A stretch of 64,000 nt of DNA, from contig JAHLWS010000078.1 of the NCBI GenBank assembly GCA_019057795.1, forward strand, positions 64,001 through 128,000. The letters are read 5' to 3'. A program made the position numbers and the translations under genes. Below the pieces are notes generated by a model. That model was not told the origin of the DNA, did not search any database, and saw nothing but the letters and a program-made list of their open reading frames with translations. This stretch comes from Promethearchaeota archaeon. GTDB taxonomy: Archaea > Asgardarchaeota > Lokiarchaeia > Sigyniarchaeales > SOKP01. How positions within the stretch are numbered: the stretch's first letter is position 1; every line of letters begins with the position of its first letter. Positions 31,438 through 41,353 of this stretch are shown one piece after another.

Positions 31438-31525
31438 CACTTTTCTAATCGCTTTCAAAGGAAGGCTGAATCGAGTCTGCGAAAATATTTAGAAATTACC
31501 TTACTTCTTGATTGAAAACAAAAAT
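31438..31525 (+). pseudogene. Family B 3' fragment
   Basis: CACTTTTCTAATCGCTTTCAAAGGAAGGCTGAATCGAGTCTGCGAAAATATTTAG (TFLIAFKGRLNRVCENI*) plus conserved downstream flank. Confidence 0.9.
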
Positions 31526-31692
31526 GATTTCTAAAATTCTTCAAAAACTATTGATTATAGTAAAAAAAATGAAAATAGATAAGGAAATAAGATTAATCCC
31601 TTAAGCCCCCTATGATTTAAGTTATCCCATAAAATGTCTATGATCATTTTTATAATATTAAGCATTTTACATCTTAATAAAGACAAAAATAT

Positions 31693-33252
31693 ATGAACTT
31701 GTTTAAAATGAAAACACATAATTATCTTTTTAGAATATCATGCTTGGAATTATATTATCCCGTAATCATTGATGAAGAAATTTGCATAATTCCTAATTCT
31801 GATAACATGAGAGATGAAATTGAACCCAATCTAATTTTTATTGATTTTAATCCAGACTCATTTTCGTATTTATTAATACAGAGTGAAATTCCAATAAACA
31901 GAGAAGAATTAGAGAATCGTGCAAAAAAAGCAATCTCGATGTTGATAATCCTTATTTTAAATCCTTTATATATAGAAGAGTTTTATCATTTTAAGCATGA
32001 GGAAGGTAATTTTTCGCTTGTTAAGGCCTCAATTAAACCATTTGAAAAACCAGATTTTAAAAAAAAGAGGAATTATCTTCACGGGAGGTTGGGAATTTAC
32101 TCTTTTAATAAAATAGCTAGGAATTTATTTAAAAAAATATCTAAAAATCCCATATCCGATTCATTATATTCAATCATAATGGAATATATCGCATCCTATA
32201 AAGAACCATTGATCGAAATAAGCGGGACGATTGCGTGGAATGTATTAGAACACATTGCCTCAAGATACTGGAACAAAAAAAATAAAAAAAAGTTATATAT
32301 CATTAGAAAAGAGAAGTTTGAAGACTATATTGATGTCTTAAGTCAATGTGCTGAAAAATTTATTGAGAATATAGATGAACTAAAAGATGTGCTAATTGAT
32401 CATCCTAAATATAAAGGAGTTTACAAAGGATTACTTAAAAATAGTTTATCTTCAGAAATTCTCAAATATTCTCCAGTAAAATTCCGTATATATAGGATGT
32501 TTGAGGAAGAAAAGATCTCTGATAAATCTGATGAAGAATTGATAAAAGATATGTATGTCATCCGAAATGATATGTATCATTCTGGTCTTAATATATCAGA
32601 GATACAACAAAAGAGAGGAAAAAATCCCATTGATGTTATAGTGAAGTTCAAACCGTTTCTGTATAGAAAGATCTTAGAATTTTTAGGATTTATTGATGAA
32701 TTTTTCTTATTTGATACCGGACATCTAATTACCAGAGAAGAAACAATAAAAATTCCAAATATATTAGAGTGGGAACCAGACATTCCTATCAAATTGGATG
32801 AATCAAAATTAATTCAACAAATAAAGTCATTAGATGATTTATTGCAAAAGTTAATAGGCACCGATTTGAATGCTGAAGTAATAGATGAGGACAAACATTA
32901 TAAAGTGCGCGCGATTCTCTCTAAGAATAAAGGAAAATACATAATCACATTCTTAGATTCCCCCTTGATTTTTTTTAGTGCTTTTGATGAGATTCCATCA
33001 AAGGATAAAAAATATCCAGAAGATATTACAAGATATTTAAGATCAATAAGATGTACATTCATACATAATAATATTCGATATGAAATAGAGTTCTATAATA
33101 AACCACTTGGTTATCCTAAATTTAATTTAAAGATTAGTCATCCGGAAATAGAGAAATGGATAGAGGAGCAGACTGGAAAAGAAAGAAAGATCAAAGAAGA
33201 GACCAGTAAGGTTCATTTTAGAATATCTAAGATTAATATGATCGAAATATAG
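31693..33252 (+). CDS. ApeA-like HEPN protein
   Basis: IAWNVLEHIA...IRNDMYHSG. Confidence 0.6.
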   Translation: MNLFKMKTHNYLFRISCLELYYPVIIDEEICIIPNSDNMRDEIEPNLIFIDFNPDSFSYLLIQSEIPINREELENRAKKAISMLIILILNPLYIEEFYHFKHEEGNFSLVKASIKPFEKPDFKKKRNYLHGRLGIYSFNKIARNLFKKISKNPISDSLYSIIMEYIASYKEPLIEISGTIAWNVLEHIASRYWNKKNKKKLYIIRKEKFEDYIDVLSQCAEKFIENIDELKDVLIDHPKYKGVYKGLLKNSLSSEILKYSPVKFRIYRMFEEEKISDKSDEELIKDMYVIRNDMYHSGLNISEIQQKRGKNPIDVIVKFKPFLYRKILEFLGFIDEFFLFDTGHLITREETIKIPNILEWEPDIPIKLDESKLIQQIKSLDDLLQKLIGTDLNAEVIDEDKHYKVRAILSKNKGKYIITFLDSPLIFFSAFDEIPSKDKKYPEDITRYLRSIRCTFIHNNIRYEIEFYNKPLGYPKFNLKISHPEIEKWIEEQTGKERKIKEETSKVHFRISKINMIEI

Positions 33253-33601
33253 TAGAACTATCTATAAGTTAAATGATTTTTAACAATGAAATAACAATTA
33301 TCTAATTCCCAAATGTTTTTTGATTTTTTTAATTTCTTTATCATTTTAATATAATGCTTCTATTACAACATATTGAAATTCTTCTTCCTCACTTTTAGGT
33401 GGAATCCTTTTATGCTTTTGAAAATATTTTACCAAAATAAATCAATAACTAAATATCATCAAATTCTTTAATTAAATTCATAAAGTTCACCTTATTCCTT
33501 CAAGTTTTTAAATTTTAAGTTAAGAAATTAATCTAAAGGAAAATTAGTAAAAAAATCTTTTAGAATGAACTTTATTCTAATTTTTTACCTTTCTCTTGTT
33601 T

Positions 33602-33643
33602 ATCTCCCTCCCCTGTGGTTCCCCCTCAATAATCGGGGGAAAA
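33602..33643 (+). repeat. Site A copy 13
   Basis: ATCTCCCTCCCCTGTGGTTCCCCCTCAATAATCGGGGGAAAA. Confidence 0.85.
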
Positions 33644-33659
33644 ATTCTTTTTAAAAAAA

Positions 33660-34430
33660 TTAGAGAAGTTTTCTCATTTCTCTAGTAAATATTCTACAAA
33701 TCTTAATCGTCTCTAATATATCATCCCATTTTTCAAAATTAGCTCTAATATGATTACTATGAGCTAAATTATTTCTTAATTTTTTTAATTTCTTTAGGTA
33801 ATATCGAATATCCCCTTCATCCTTTTCACAAACTAAGCAGAAATCATTGAATTTTTCAATTTTTTTGATTATTTCGATTTTATCATCAAGAAATGAACAA
33901 TGTAGTATATCAATATCTAAATCTTGGGCTTTTAAAGATGCAAATCTTTCTTTAATTTTATCAAAAATCTCCTTATCCAATAAATTCTGCCAATTTGAAA
34001 CATATTTTATTATAAAATCAATACAAACTACTTCAAAATTCATAATCAATCCAAAAAGCAATAAACGACCTGGTCCTTTTTGTAAATCTCCAATAGTAAC
34101 TATTTTTTCGATGTTTTCATTTGAATTAAAGAAATATTTGGTTTTATGATCATCCATAAACTTGTTGAGGAGCGTCGTGATTGGTAGGTTATCTGGAATA
34201 ATTTCATCGAGATTTATGTTTTTTATTATACCCTTATTTGTTAATACTTTTTTTATCATCTTTCCTTTTCTTCTAATTCCAAGTAAATCATAGTTCTTAT
34301 TATGCATAAGTTGAAGAGCATCTTCTCTGGATTGTGAATCACATTCCCAACAGGTTAGATCAGATGCGATATGAGCAACTGTAATGTTCTCTTCAAATGA
34401 TTCAATGAAATCATAAAAATGAGGTCTCAT
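33660..34430 (-). CDS. CBS-like plus HEPN (Swt1-like) protein
   Basis: ITVAHIA...ALQLM..KNYDLLG...IVTIGDL, then LRNNLAH. Confidence 0.65.
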   Translation of the reverse strand: MRPHFYDFIESFEENITVAHIASDLTCWECDSQSREDALQLMHNKNYDLLGIRRKGKMIKKVLTNKGIIKNINLDEIIPDNLPITTLLNKFMDDHKTKYFFNSNENIEKIVTIGDLQKGPGRLLLFGLIMNFEVVCIDFIIKYVSNWQNLLDKEIFDKIKERFASLKAQDLDIDILHCSFLDDKIEIIKKIEKFNDFCLVCEKDEGDIRYYLKKLKKLRNNLAHSNHIRANFEKWDDILETIKICRIFTREMRKLL

Positions 34431-34631
34431 ATATTAACACATTTTCTTTCCATAACAAAATATTGCATAAATCAAATAAGATGAGTAATCAATATTTTTA
34501 TATAATGAATGATGATTTTTTAATTGAATATCAATTAATAATCATTTGCAAACATCTAGCGCAATTTTAAGCTTTATTTATAATTTTAAAAACCAATATA
34601 GAGTAATCGATTAAAGAGTCGAGATGATTTA

Positions 34632-36359
34632 ATGACATCAATGAAGACAAATACAATTATTTATTTATATAATATGGGTGTAGACAAGTCAATAAAGAAA
34701 GAAATTGATTCAGACATAGAAAATTTCATTTACAATAGCATTAATAAATATCTTGGTAATCGTGAAGAAGTTGAAATTGAAGAAGACCCATATCAATTAA
34801 ATGGGGCAATATTAAATTGGCTTAGGCGGGCAAAAATTGATGAAAGACAAGTAAATCCTTTTTGTAAAAAGTTGCGGGACGCTCTTAGCACAAGATCAAT
34901 TGAAGCTCAGAGAAATCTTATTTTATATTTACGGTCTCATAAAAAAAGTGAGCCTTTTTTTTATATTATTCACACTTCTGAGAGACTTGAAGTTGTTGAT
35001 GAAGATTTTAAAAAAATTATTGAAGTAGGATTAGGTCCTGGAAAAATTCTAAGAGTTCTACAATTTTCTAGATTAAGTATTGATTCTATACAATTAAGTT
35101 ATAGGGAAAAATATAAATCAAATTTACTAATTAATTTATTTCATCTCACTTCTGACAGATATAAATCGACGGGCAGTATCAAGTTAAAGGGATCTTTTGG
35201 AAATGACTTAGATTTTATAATTGATTTGACTCCATCTAACTTTCTAAAGCATTATAATTCAAATAATATTAAATTTGAAGAAGATAATCAAATTGATATC
35301 TTTGATAGATATTCACTGAAGTTAAGGGAAATTAAGTTTGGCTCAGTTTATATCAAACCAACTAAAAATAAAATTGATAAATTCATAAAAACCATCAAAG
35401 ACGAATTCGATGAACACGAAGAGTTAATAGAAAAATTTCTTTTAGATTTCCAATCAATAAAACTGAAGTACGGAATTGAACAAAATATGTCTTTAACTAA
35501 GTTCTTAGATCCAAACGGATTTCCAGATCGGGAATCAATTAGATTCGAAGAAGGGAGGGAATTTGTTAAATGTTTTATTAATGATACGCTTGATTGCAGT
35601 ATTAAAAAACCAGTAGATCCTTGGGGTGAATTTTTTGTAATCGATAATTTAATTAATTTTTCACAGCATTATAGCAAAAATATTGCACGAGAAATAATTA
35701 TCGGGTCTTTAAGGAATGTTAGATTTATAGATATACCATTTTCTAAGGAAAAATTAAAAATTGGGCAATATTATTGGCATAACGATTTTTTAATCCATAG
35801 TAATTTAAAAAAATTACTTGAGTTTGTTCAAGACGAATACGATAAATCGGATAGCGACAGAAGACGAAAATTACTCTTGGTAGCTATGTTAGACATTCTC
35901 AAAAATGCTGTAGACAACATTTGTATGAGGAAATTTTCAAAAGAGATAATTTTTTGGTTAATAAAAGGAAAAGAGGATCTTTCAAGAGATATAGTTGAAG
36001 ATAATATTTTCGAATTTAAAAGGGGGGATATTTTAGATACATCAACTTTTACACTTCCACAAAGAATAACGAAAATCTCGAATGGTTTAAGACCTAATTT
36101 GAATAATAATGGATTGTCTATTTTAATTGTAGGTTATGATGAAGATAGAAATCAGATAACACCGATTAAATTTAGTCACTATAGAGAGGAAGTACGCCAA
36201 GAAATATATGATGGAATAAAAGGTGAATTATCAAATCAAGAGTTAATAATTAATATGTTCTTAATCAATACAGAAGATACAGATAAGGGACTAATCATCA
36301 TTTTTGCCGCAGATACAAATTATAGTGATAAAATAGACTTAAATAATCTTTTTAGTTAA
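34632..36359 (+). CDS. Protein with C-terminal Schlafen/AlbA_2-like domain
   Basis: EDNIFEFK...NNNGLSILIVGYDED. Confidence 0.55.
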   Translation: MTSMKTNTIIYLYNMGVDKSIKKEIDSDIENFIYNSINKYLGNREEVEIEEDPYQLNGAILNWLRRAKIDERQVNPFCKKLRDALSTRSIEAQRNLILYLRSHKKSEPFFYIIHTSERLEVVDEDFKKIIEVGLGPGKILRVLQFSRLSIDSIQLSYREKYKSNLLINLFHLTSDRYKSTGSIKLKGSFGNDLDFIIDLTPSNFLKHYNSNNIKFEEDNQIDIFDRYSLKLREIKFGSVYIKPTKNKIDKFIKTIKDEFDEHEELIEKFLLDFQSIKLKYGIEQNMSLTKFLDPNGFPDRESIRFEEGREFVKCFINDTLDCSIKKPVDPWGEFFVIDNLINFSQHYSKNIAREIIIGSLRNVRFIDIPFSKEKLKIGQYYWHNDFLIHSNLKKLLEFVQDEYDKSDSDRRRKLLLVAMLDILKNAVDNICMRKFSKEIIFWLIKGKEDLSRDIVEDNIFEFKRGDILDTSTFTLPQRITKISNGLRPNLNNNGLSILIVGYDEDRNQITPIKFSHYREEVRQEIYDGIKGELSNQELIINMFLINTEDTDKGLIIIFAADTNYSDKIDLNNLFS

Positions 36360-36374
36360 TTTTATCTTAATAAA

Positions 36375-36542
36375 GATCTGTGCGAAAGGGTCAATATCGC
36401 ATATAGTACCATGATGGAAGAAGACAATAAAATGAATCAGCTCGCATATATCACCACTTTTCTAATCGCTTTCAAGGGAAGGCTTAATCGAGTCTGCGAA
36501 AATATTTAGAAATTACTTTACTTCTTGATTAAAAACTAAAAA
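36375..36542 (+). pseudogene. Family B 5'-truncated copy
   Basis: DLCERVNIAYSTMMEEDNKMNQLAYITTFLIAFKGRLNRVCENI*. Confidence 0.9.
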
Positions 36543-36773
36543 AATAAAATCGAATTTAATCTTGAAATCATTGAGATAGTTAACATATATCCATCTTTTG
36601 ATTAATAATATTTTAGAAATGAATTGAATTCAAGGAAAAGACAACAAATATGGGAGTAAGAGATCACCTTTTTCTATTCAATCTAGTATTTCGATTACTT
36701 TTATTATCTAATTACTAGAATTATTTTTATTAAATTTCTAATTATAGATTTATAGACTTAGCGAGGAGTTTTT

Positions 36774-37859
36774 ATGACAAGGAAAAATATATCAAGAGAA
36801 CATCTTCAGAATTTGCTTTATACTTTTGAAAGAGATGAAAATTTAAATTTCTTCTTAATGATTTACACATACCTAAACATTAGTTTTATAACGTTAATTT
36901 TTATTGGTATAGGGTTATATGAAATATCATCAATAATAATTGTTCTTGTCGTTTTATTTGTAATTATTTCGTGTGCTTTTACAAGAAAGCTTTCATTACA
37001 TTTAGACAAAAAGAAGAATAAAAAGATAACTCGCAAATTAAAACAATATTTAATTACCGGAAAAAGGGAAGAGGATAATAAATTTGAAGATATTCTTGAT
37101 AAGTTAAAATTAACTGAACGACAATATAAAATAAGTCAATTAACATCTTTTTCTTATGTACTTTTAATCATCTCCATAGAGTTTTTAATACTCTTTCTTT
37201 TCCAGAAAATCCTTGTTTTAGCAAACCCTTTAAATTATAATATAGTTATTATTGGAACTTTTTTACTTATAGAATTATCAATTAATCTTCTATTGCTACT
37301 TTTTCAAACACTAAGATACATGAACTTTAAAGGTATCCATCAGTTAAGGGATTTTTTAGAAAAGATCATAACCAAAGAATTAACTAGAATTGAAAATAAA
37401 ATCGAAAAAATCATGGATTTAAAATTAAGAGAGTTTAAGTTTAAAAGAAAGCAATTACTAAGATGTCTTCAAAAATGGAGTGATCTTTATCTTGGATCGT
37501 ATTTTGTTGGATTAAGAGAACAACTATTAATATCAGATTATAAAAATTTAACATACAATATTAGAGATGAGGTCTATTATTATACATTATTTAACGATCT
37601 TAAATTTAAGATTGAAGAAAGCCATATTTTTCATTCATTAAATAGAGATGAAAGCAAAAAAAAAGAAACAGAAGATCCTATCCACAACATAATTGAACTC
37701 AATATTAAAAGGTTGAACACGAGCATTCAAAGTAGACTCTTAATAAAAAATGAAAGAAGAACTAAGATTAGAATGTCTCAAACTTGGATTGCAATAATTA
37801 GTATAACATTATCCATTATATTTTCTCTTTCAAGACTCCCTTCTCTGTGGGTTTTCTAA
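36774..37859 (+). CDS. Multi-pass membrane protein
   Basis: About 5 hydrophobic segments. Confidence 0.7.
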   Translation: MTRKNISREHLQNLLYTFERDENLNFFLMIYTYLNISFITLIFIGIGLYEISSIIIVLVVLFVIISCAFTRKLSLHLDKKKNKKITRKLKQYLITGKREEDNKFEDILDKLKLTERQYKISQLTSFSYVLLIISIEFLILFLFQKILVLANPLNYNIVIIGTFLLIELSINLLLLLFQTLRYMNFKGIHQLRDFLEKIITKELTRIENKIEKIMDLKLREFKFKRKQLLRCLQKWSDLYLGSYFVGLREQLLISDYKNLTYNIRDEVYYYTLFNDLKFKIEESHIFHSLNRDESKKKETEDPIHNIIELNIKRLNTSIQSRLLIKNERRTKIRMSQTWIAIISITLSIIFSLSRLPSLWVF

Positions 37860-38081
37860 CTTATTGATAAGTTCATTTTACCAATCTTACTTTTTTTATA
37901 TGAATTAATTTAAAAATACATCAAATATCGAAGGAAAAATTAATTAAGGAATTTTATCTAATTTACTTTCGATAAATTTTCTGTCATTTCCACCAACTTT
38001 TTCAAAGGTTTCAATAATTAATCTTTTTGTATTTTTCTTTCTAATTCATGAAACCGACTTTTCCAAATATAATCTTTATTT

Positions 38082-38744
38082 TTATAGTATTCCTTTCCTA
38101 GTACCAACCAATAATTTTTTTTTATCAATCAAATCCTTAATTTTTTCATAATTTACGATTAACGCCTTCAATAAATCATAAGTATATCGAATTTTATTAA
38201 GATCTCCTAATTTTTCGATCATTTCTTCCAATTTATAAACACAATTCTCTAAAATTACTTGATTAGCAGATATAATAGATAAATATAAAGAACGAGCAAG
38301 AATTTTAGTAACGAAATTATAGTTTTCTTTTTCAAAGAAAAAATCTGTCATCTCTAAATATCCTTCTGCAGCTTTAGAAGCAATTTTAGGATTTTTTTCT
38401 TCTGATTCCTGCCAAACAATGTCAGCAAATTTAGCTTTCAATAATGAATTTCTTGTGTTTGAAAATTTTGTTGTAAAGTAATTTAAATCTTTTTCTTCAA
38501 AATCAAATTCTTTCCCAACTATTGGAATTAATTTGTAGTCATCATTCCTAATTTCTAAGGCATGAACCAATGCTTCTTTTTGAATCGATCTAAAAAGAAT
38601 ATATTTCTTGTTTTCTTCATATTTCCTCATTAAAAGATTACATAAGTTTAACCAATCCAGTTGATTAAAATGATTAAATTTACCCTCTTCAATCATAATT
38701 CTTATTTCATTTGGTTCTTTATTATTCAAATCTTCTAAGCTCAT
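38082..38744 (-). CDS. Helical protein, possibly a truncated DUF4209-type N-terminal region
   Basis: LLKAKFADIVWQ...AAEGYL...LARSLYLS. Confidence 0.5.
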   Translation of the reverse strand: MSLEDLNNKEPNEIRIMIEEGKFNHFNQLDWLNLCNLLMRKYEENKKYILFRSIQKEALVHALEIRNDDYKLIPIVGKEFDFEEKDLNYFTTKFSNTRNSLLKAKFADIVWQESEEKNPKIASKAAEGYLEMTDFFFEKENYNFVTKILARSLYLSIISANQVILENCVYKLEEMIEKLGDLNKIRYTYDLLKALIVNYEKIKDLIDKKKLLVGTRKGIL

Positions 38745-38771
38745 TAATTACACCTCAAAATATTTTTATTT

Positions 38772-38875
38772 TTGTCTTACCCTATAATAAACACAACAGG
38801 AATATATTTTTTTCCTATTTCTCTCCTATATTTATTATCTGCCTCCCCCGTGGTACTTCTTCCTAAAAAAGTAGG
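38772..38875 (+). repeat. Site A copy 14 (long form)
   Basis: TTGTCTTACCCTATAATAAACACAACAGGAATATATTTTTTTCC...ATCTGCCTCCCCCGTGGTACTTCTTCCTAAAAAAGTAGG. Confidence 0.9.
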
Positions 38876-38893
38876 TGTGAAATGATCAGTGAA

Positions 38894-40003
38894 TCATTTT
38901 TTGATTATCAATATTGTTCTTAATAGCAAGATCGTATAACTATAACCCATTTTGGCTTCCCATTCGAGGACATCTTTCTCATTACCGTGCCCAGAATCCC
39001 TAGTGTTCCTCACGGTTCCAACAATATTTATCCCCGATAATAAAAGTTTATCTATACCATTCATCACATTAGAATCGGTACCTCTAAATATTTTTTTTGA
39101 TTTCTGTCTAACTTTTTGGATTAATTTTTCAAGGCTTAGTTTACTATTTTCTTCTTTATCCCCCAAGAGATTTTTATAGAAATTTTCTAATGTTTTACAG
39201 CAATAGAGCAAAACATCGTTCCACTCACCAGTTAATTTATGCTCGTAAGCTTTGTCAACATTTTCCGTGACTTTTGGATATTTTTCAAGCTCTTTGTAAA
39301 CCCTTCTTTCTTGAAATTCCTCGACACTATTTCCTATGATTCTGAGTTTCCCAGCATCACAAGAAATCCAATTTTTGCCCATCAGTCGAAAGATTTCGTT
39401 TAAAAAATCATCAAATTCTTGAGATGTGAGGATATTTTTAACAGAATTCTCATTTAAAAAAAAGTTATTAAAATTGAAGACCTTACGAAAAGATACAGCA
39501 ACATCTCCAGATCTCCAACCTTTTCCAGGATTTTTTCTGAAAAATTCCTCCTTTTCTTCGATTTCTCTTAAACCTGCGTTTTCCCAACCTCCATAATCAT
39601 CTTGATAACTTATATTTTTATACATTTCACCTATCCAACAATTCAATTCTTTGAAAAAATTATTAACTTCGATGTGATTCTTCTTTTTTGTATAACCTAT
39701 TCTTTCAAAAAGGTTTAACAAATGATCATTAATTTCTTTTCTTACTATAGGATTATCTGATCTATAATGATATTCTTTATAATTTTCAAACCAATCTAAA
39801 AACAAAGGATAACCTTTTCTGTGACATTCACTAATTATTCCACTAAATGGAAAATTATAAGGGTCCATACTAAGCAAATTTTGTGCCTGGTATGAATTGT
39901 AAGGATAAAACAATACTAAATTGTAAAGTTTAGTAACACATTCATTTACATTGATATCTTCATATTTTATTGGTAATGATTGACCATTATTAGCCAATTT
40001 CAC
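38894..40003 (-). CDS. Abortive-infection (Abi_C/HEPN-like C-terminus) protein
   Basis: CCKTLENFYK...VRNTRDSGHG. Confidence 0.65.
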   Translation of the reverse strand: MKLANNGQSLPIKYEDINVNECVTKLYNLVLFYPYNSYQAQNLLSMDPYNFPFSGIISECHRKGYPLFLDWFENYKEYHYRSDNPIVRKEINDHLLNLFERIGYTKKKNHIEVNNFFKELNCWIGEMYKNISYQDDYGGWENAGLREIEEKEEFFRKNPGKGWRSGDVAVSFRKVFNFNNFFLNENSVKNILTSQEFDDFLNEIFRLMGKNWISCDAGKLRIIGNSVEEFQERRVYKELEKYPKVTENVDKAYEHKLTGEWNDVLLYCCKTLENFYKNLLGDKEENSKLSLEKLIQKVRQKSKKIFRGTDSNVMNGIDKLLLSGINIVGTVRNTRDSGHGNEKDVLEWEAKMGYSYTILLLRTILIIKK

Positions 40004-40308
40004 TTTTACTTCACTTACTTCGACAAAAAAATAGTTTTATTATTCAATAATCTTTGGATAAAGATCAAAAGAAAAAAACGATTGGTCTTAAGCAATTTAT
40101 TAATTTTTAAGATAAGGCAAAATATTAGTCGAAATTTAAATAGGTTTCTCCTTGAAAAAGACTAGGCTAAAAAGGAGGAAATTTCATTCTCTTAGAAAAA
40201 AATCTGAATTTCATAATCATCACTAATAGTTGCCGATTTTCTTTCTATAAGTTTATCACAAATTTTAAGAAACCAACTCAATTTTAATCTCCTCTTTATT
40301 ATAAAATA

Positions 40309-41217
40309 TTAGGATTTAAATTTCTTGTATAAAACTTCAAACATAGGTTTTATAGTATTATACCAACTTTCATCTATTATAGTGCTCTTCATTTCTTTAT
40401 TAATATGGATACAGTTTCTAAAATCTCGTAAATGGGATTGGACTAATTTCCATCGCATTTTTTCTCCAAAGATATCTTTTTGTATTGCAATATCTATATT
40501 TGCAGAGAGTCCTCTCTTTTTAGGAATATTATTAATTTCAAAGTATCTATCTAAAAGAAATTCTAAAATTGATCCCATCATTACCATACAAAATTTAAAT
40601 CTATGTTCATATTCAAATTTTAGCAGATCTCTTATGTTGTTTATAAAGATTTCCTTTTCATTATCATCTTTTAAAAATTTATCAAAGCATCCCAGTGAGA
40701 TTTCAAATTCTTCATTTCTTAATTTTGATTTATATTCTCTATAAACTTCATCCTCTATAAAATTCAATTCTATTGGAATAGCATTTAAATCTCTTTTAAT
40801 TTTTGAAATAATTTTTCTTAGAATATCTATTACGCCATCCAAAATTTTGTAAAATTCTGACTGAGGAATGAAATAAGTAATTGGAGTTCCCCAAATATTT
40901 GTTGTGTCATATCTAGAAATTTTATTTTTAAAAAAACTCACTACTTCTTCAATAGGGTTTATAAAATCTATAACTTTTTCGTATTCTCGTTCCCCGAACC
41001 AAGCAGATGCTTGTTTATGTAATTTCACATTCAATTTCCTATATTGTGGTAAAGCTTCAATTTCCTTATATCCATAAAGCTCCCAATGAGCCCACTCAAA
41101 AACACTTCTGAGGTTATGAACTTTTGCAATTTCTATCAAATTTTTTAAATTATTTGTAATTTGGTATTTATCTTCAATGTTTTTTTCTATTAATTCAATA
41201 ACTTTTTTAGTTTTCAA
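40309..41217 (-). CDS. AbiTii-like N-terminal domain plus HEPN-like C-terminal domain
   Basis: EWAHWELYGY...LPQYR; GSILEFLL...RDFRNCIH. Confidence 0.7.
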   Translation of the reverse strand: MKTKKVIELIEKNIEDKYQITNNLKNLIEIAKVHNLRSVFEWAHWELYGYKEIEALPQYRKLNVKLHKQASAWFGEREYEKVIDFINPIEEVVSFFKNKISRYDTTNIWGTPITYFIPQSEFYKILDGVIDILRKIISKIKRDLNAIPIELNFIEDEVYREYKSKLRNEEFEISLGCFDKFLKDDNEKEIFINNIRDLLKFEYEHRFKFCMVMMGSILEFLLDRYFEINNIPKKRGLSANIDIAIQKDIFGEKMRWKLVQSHLRDFRNCIHINKEMKSTIIDESWYNTIKPMFEVLYKKFKS

Positions 41218-41236
41218 ATTATCACTTCATATCTTT

Positions 41237-41310
41237 ATCTTATTTTAAAATTAAACAAATATAAATATCTCTTTTTTCCCACTTTCCTCGATATTTGCTC
41301 TCTCCCTCTC
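41237..41310 (+). repeat. Degenerate site A (promoter arm only)
   Basis: TATCTTATTTTAAAATTAAACAAATATAAATATCTCTTTTTTCCC...CTCTCCCTC, same spacing to the downstream start as the long copies. Confidence 0.5.
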
Positions 41311-41353
41311 TAGAAAATTCTGCATTACTCAGAAAAAAAATAAATGATTTTTT

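Noticed and set aside
1028-38875. Site A as a CRISPR repeat
   Set aside because: Spacing is 0.27-6.7 kb with whole genes between copies, the copies are diverged, and no cas genes are present.
1028-38875. Site A as a canonical integron attC
   Set aside because: No RYYYAAC...GTTRRRY boxes or long palindrome; cargo genes lie on both strands; no intI in the window.
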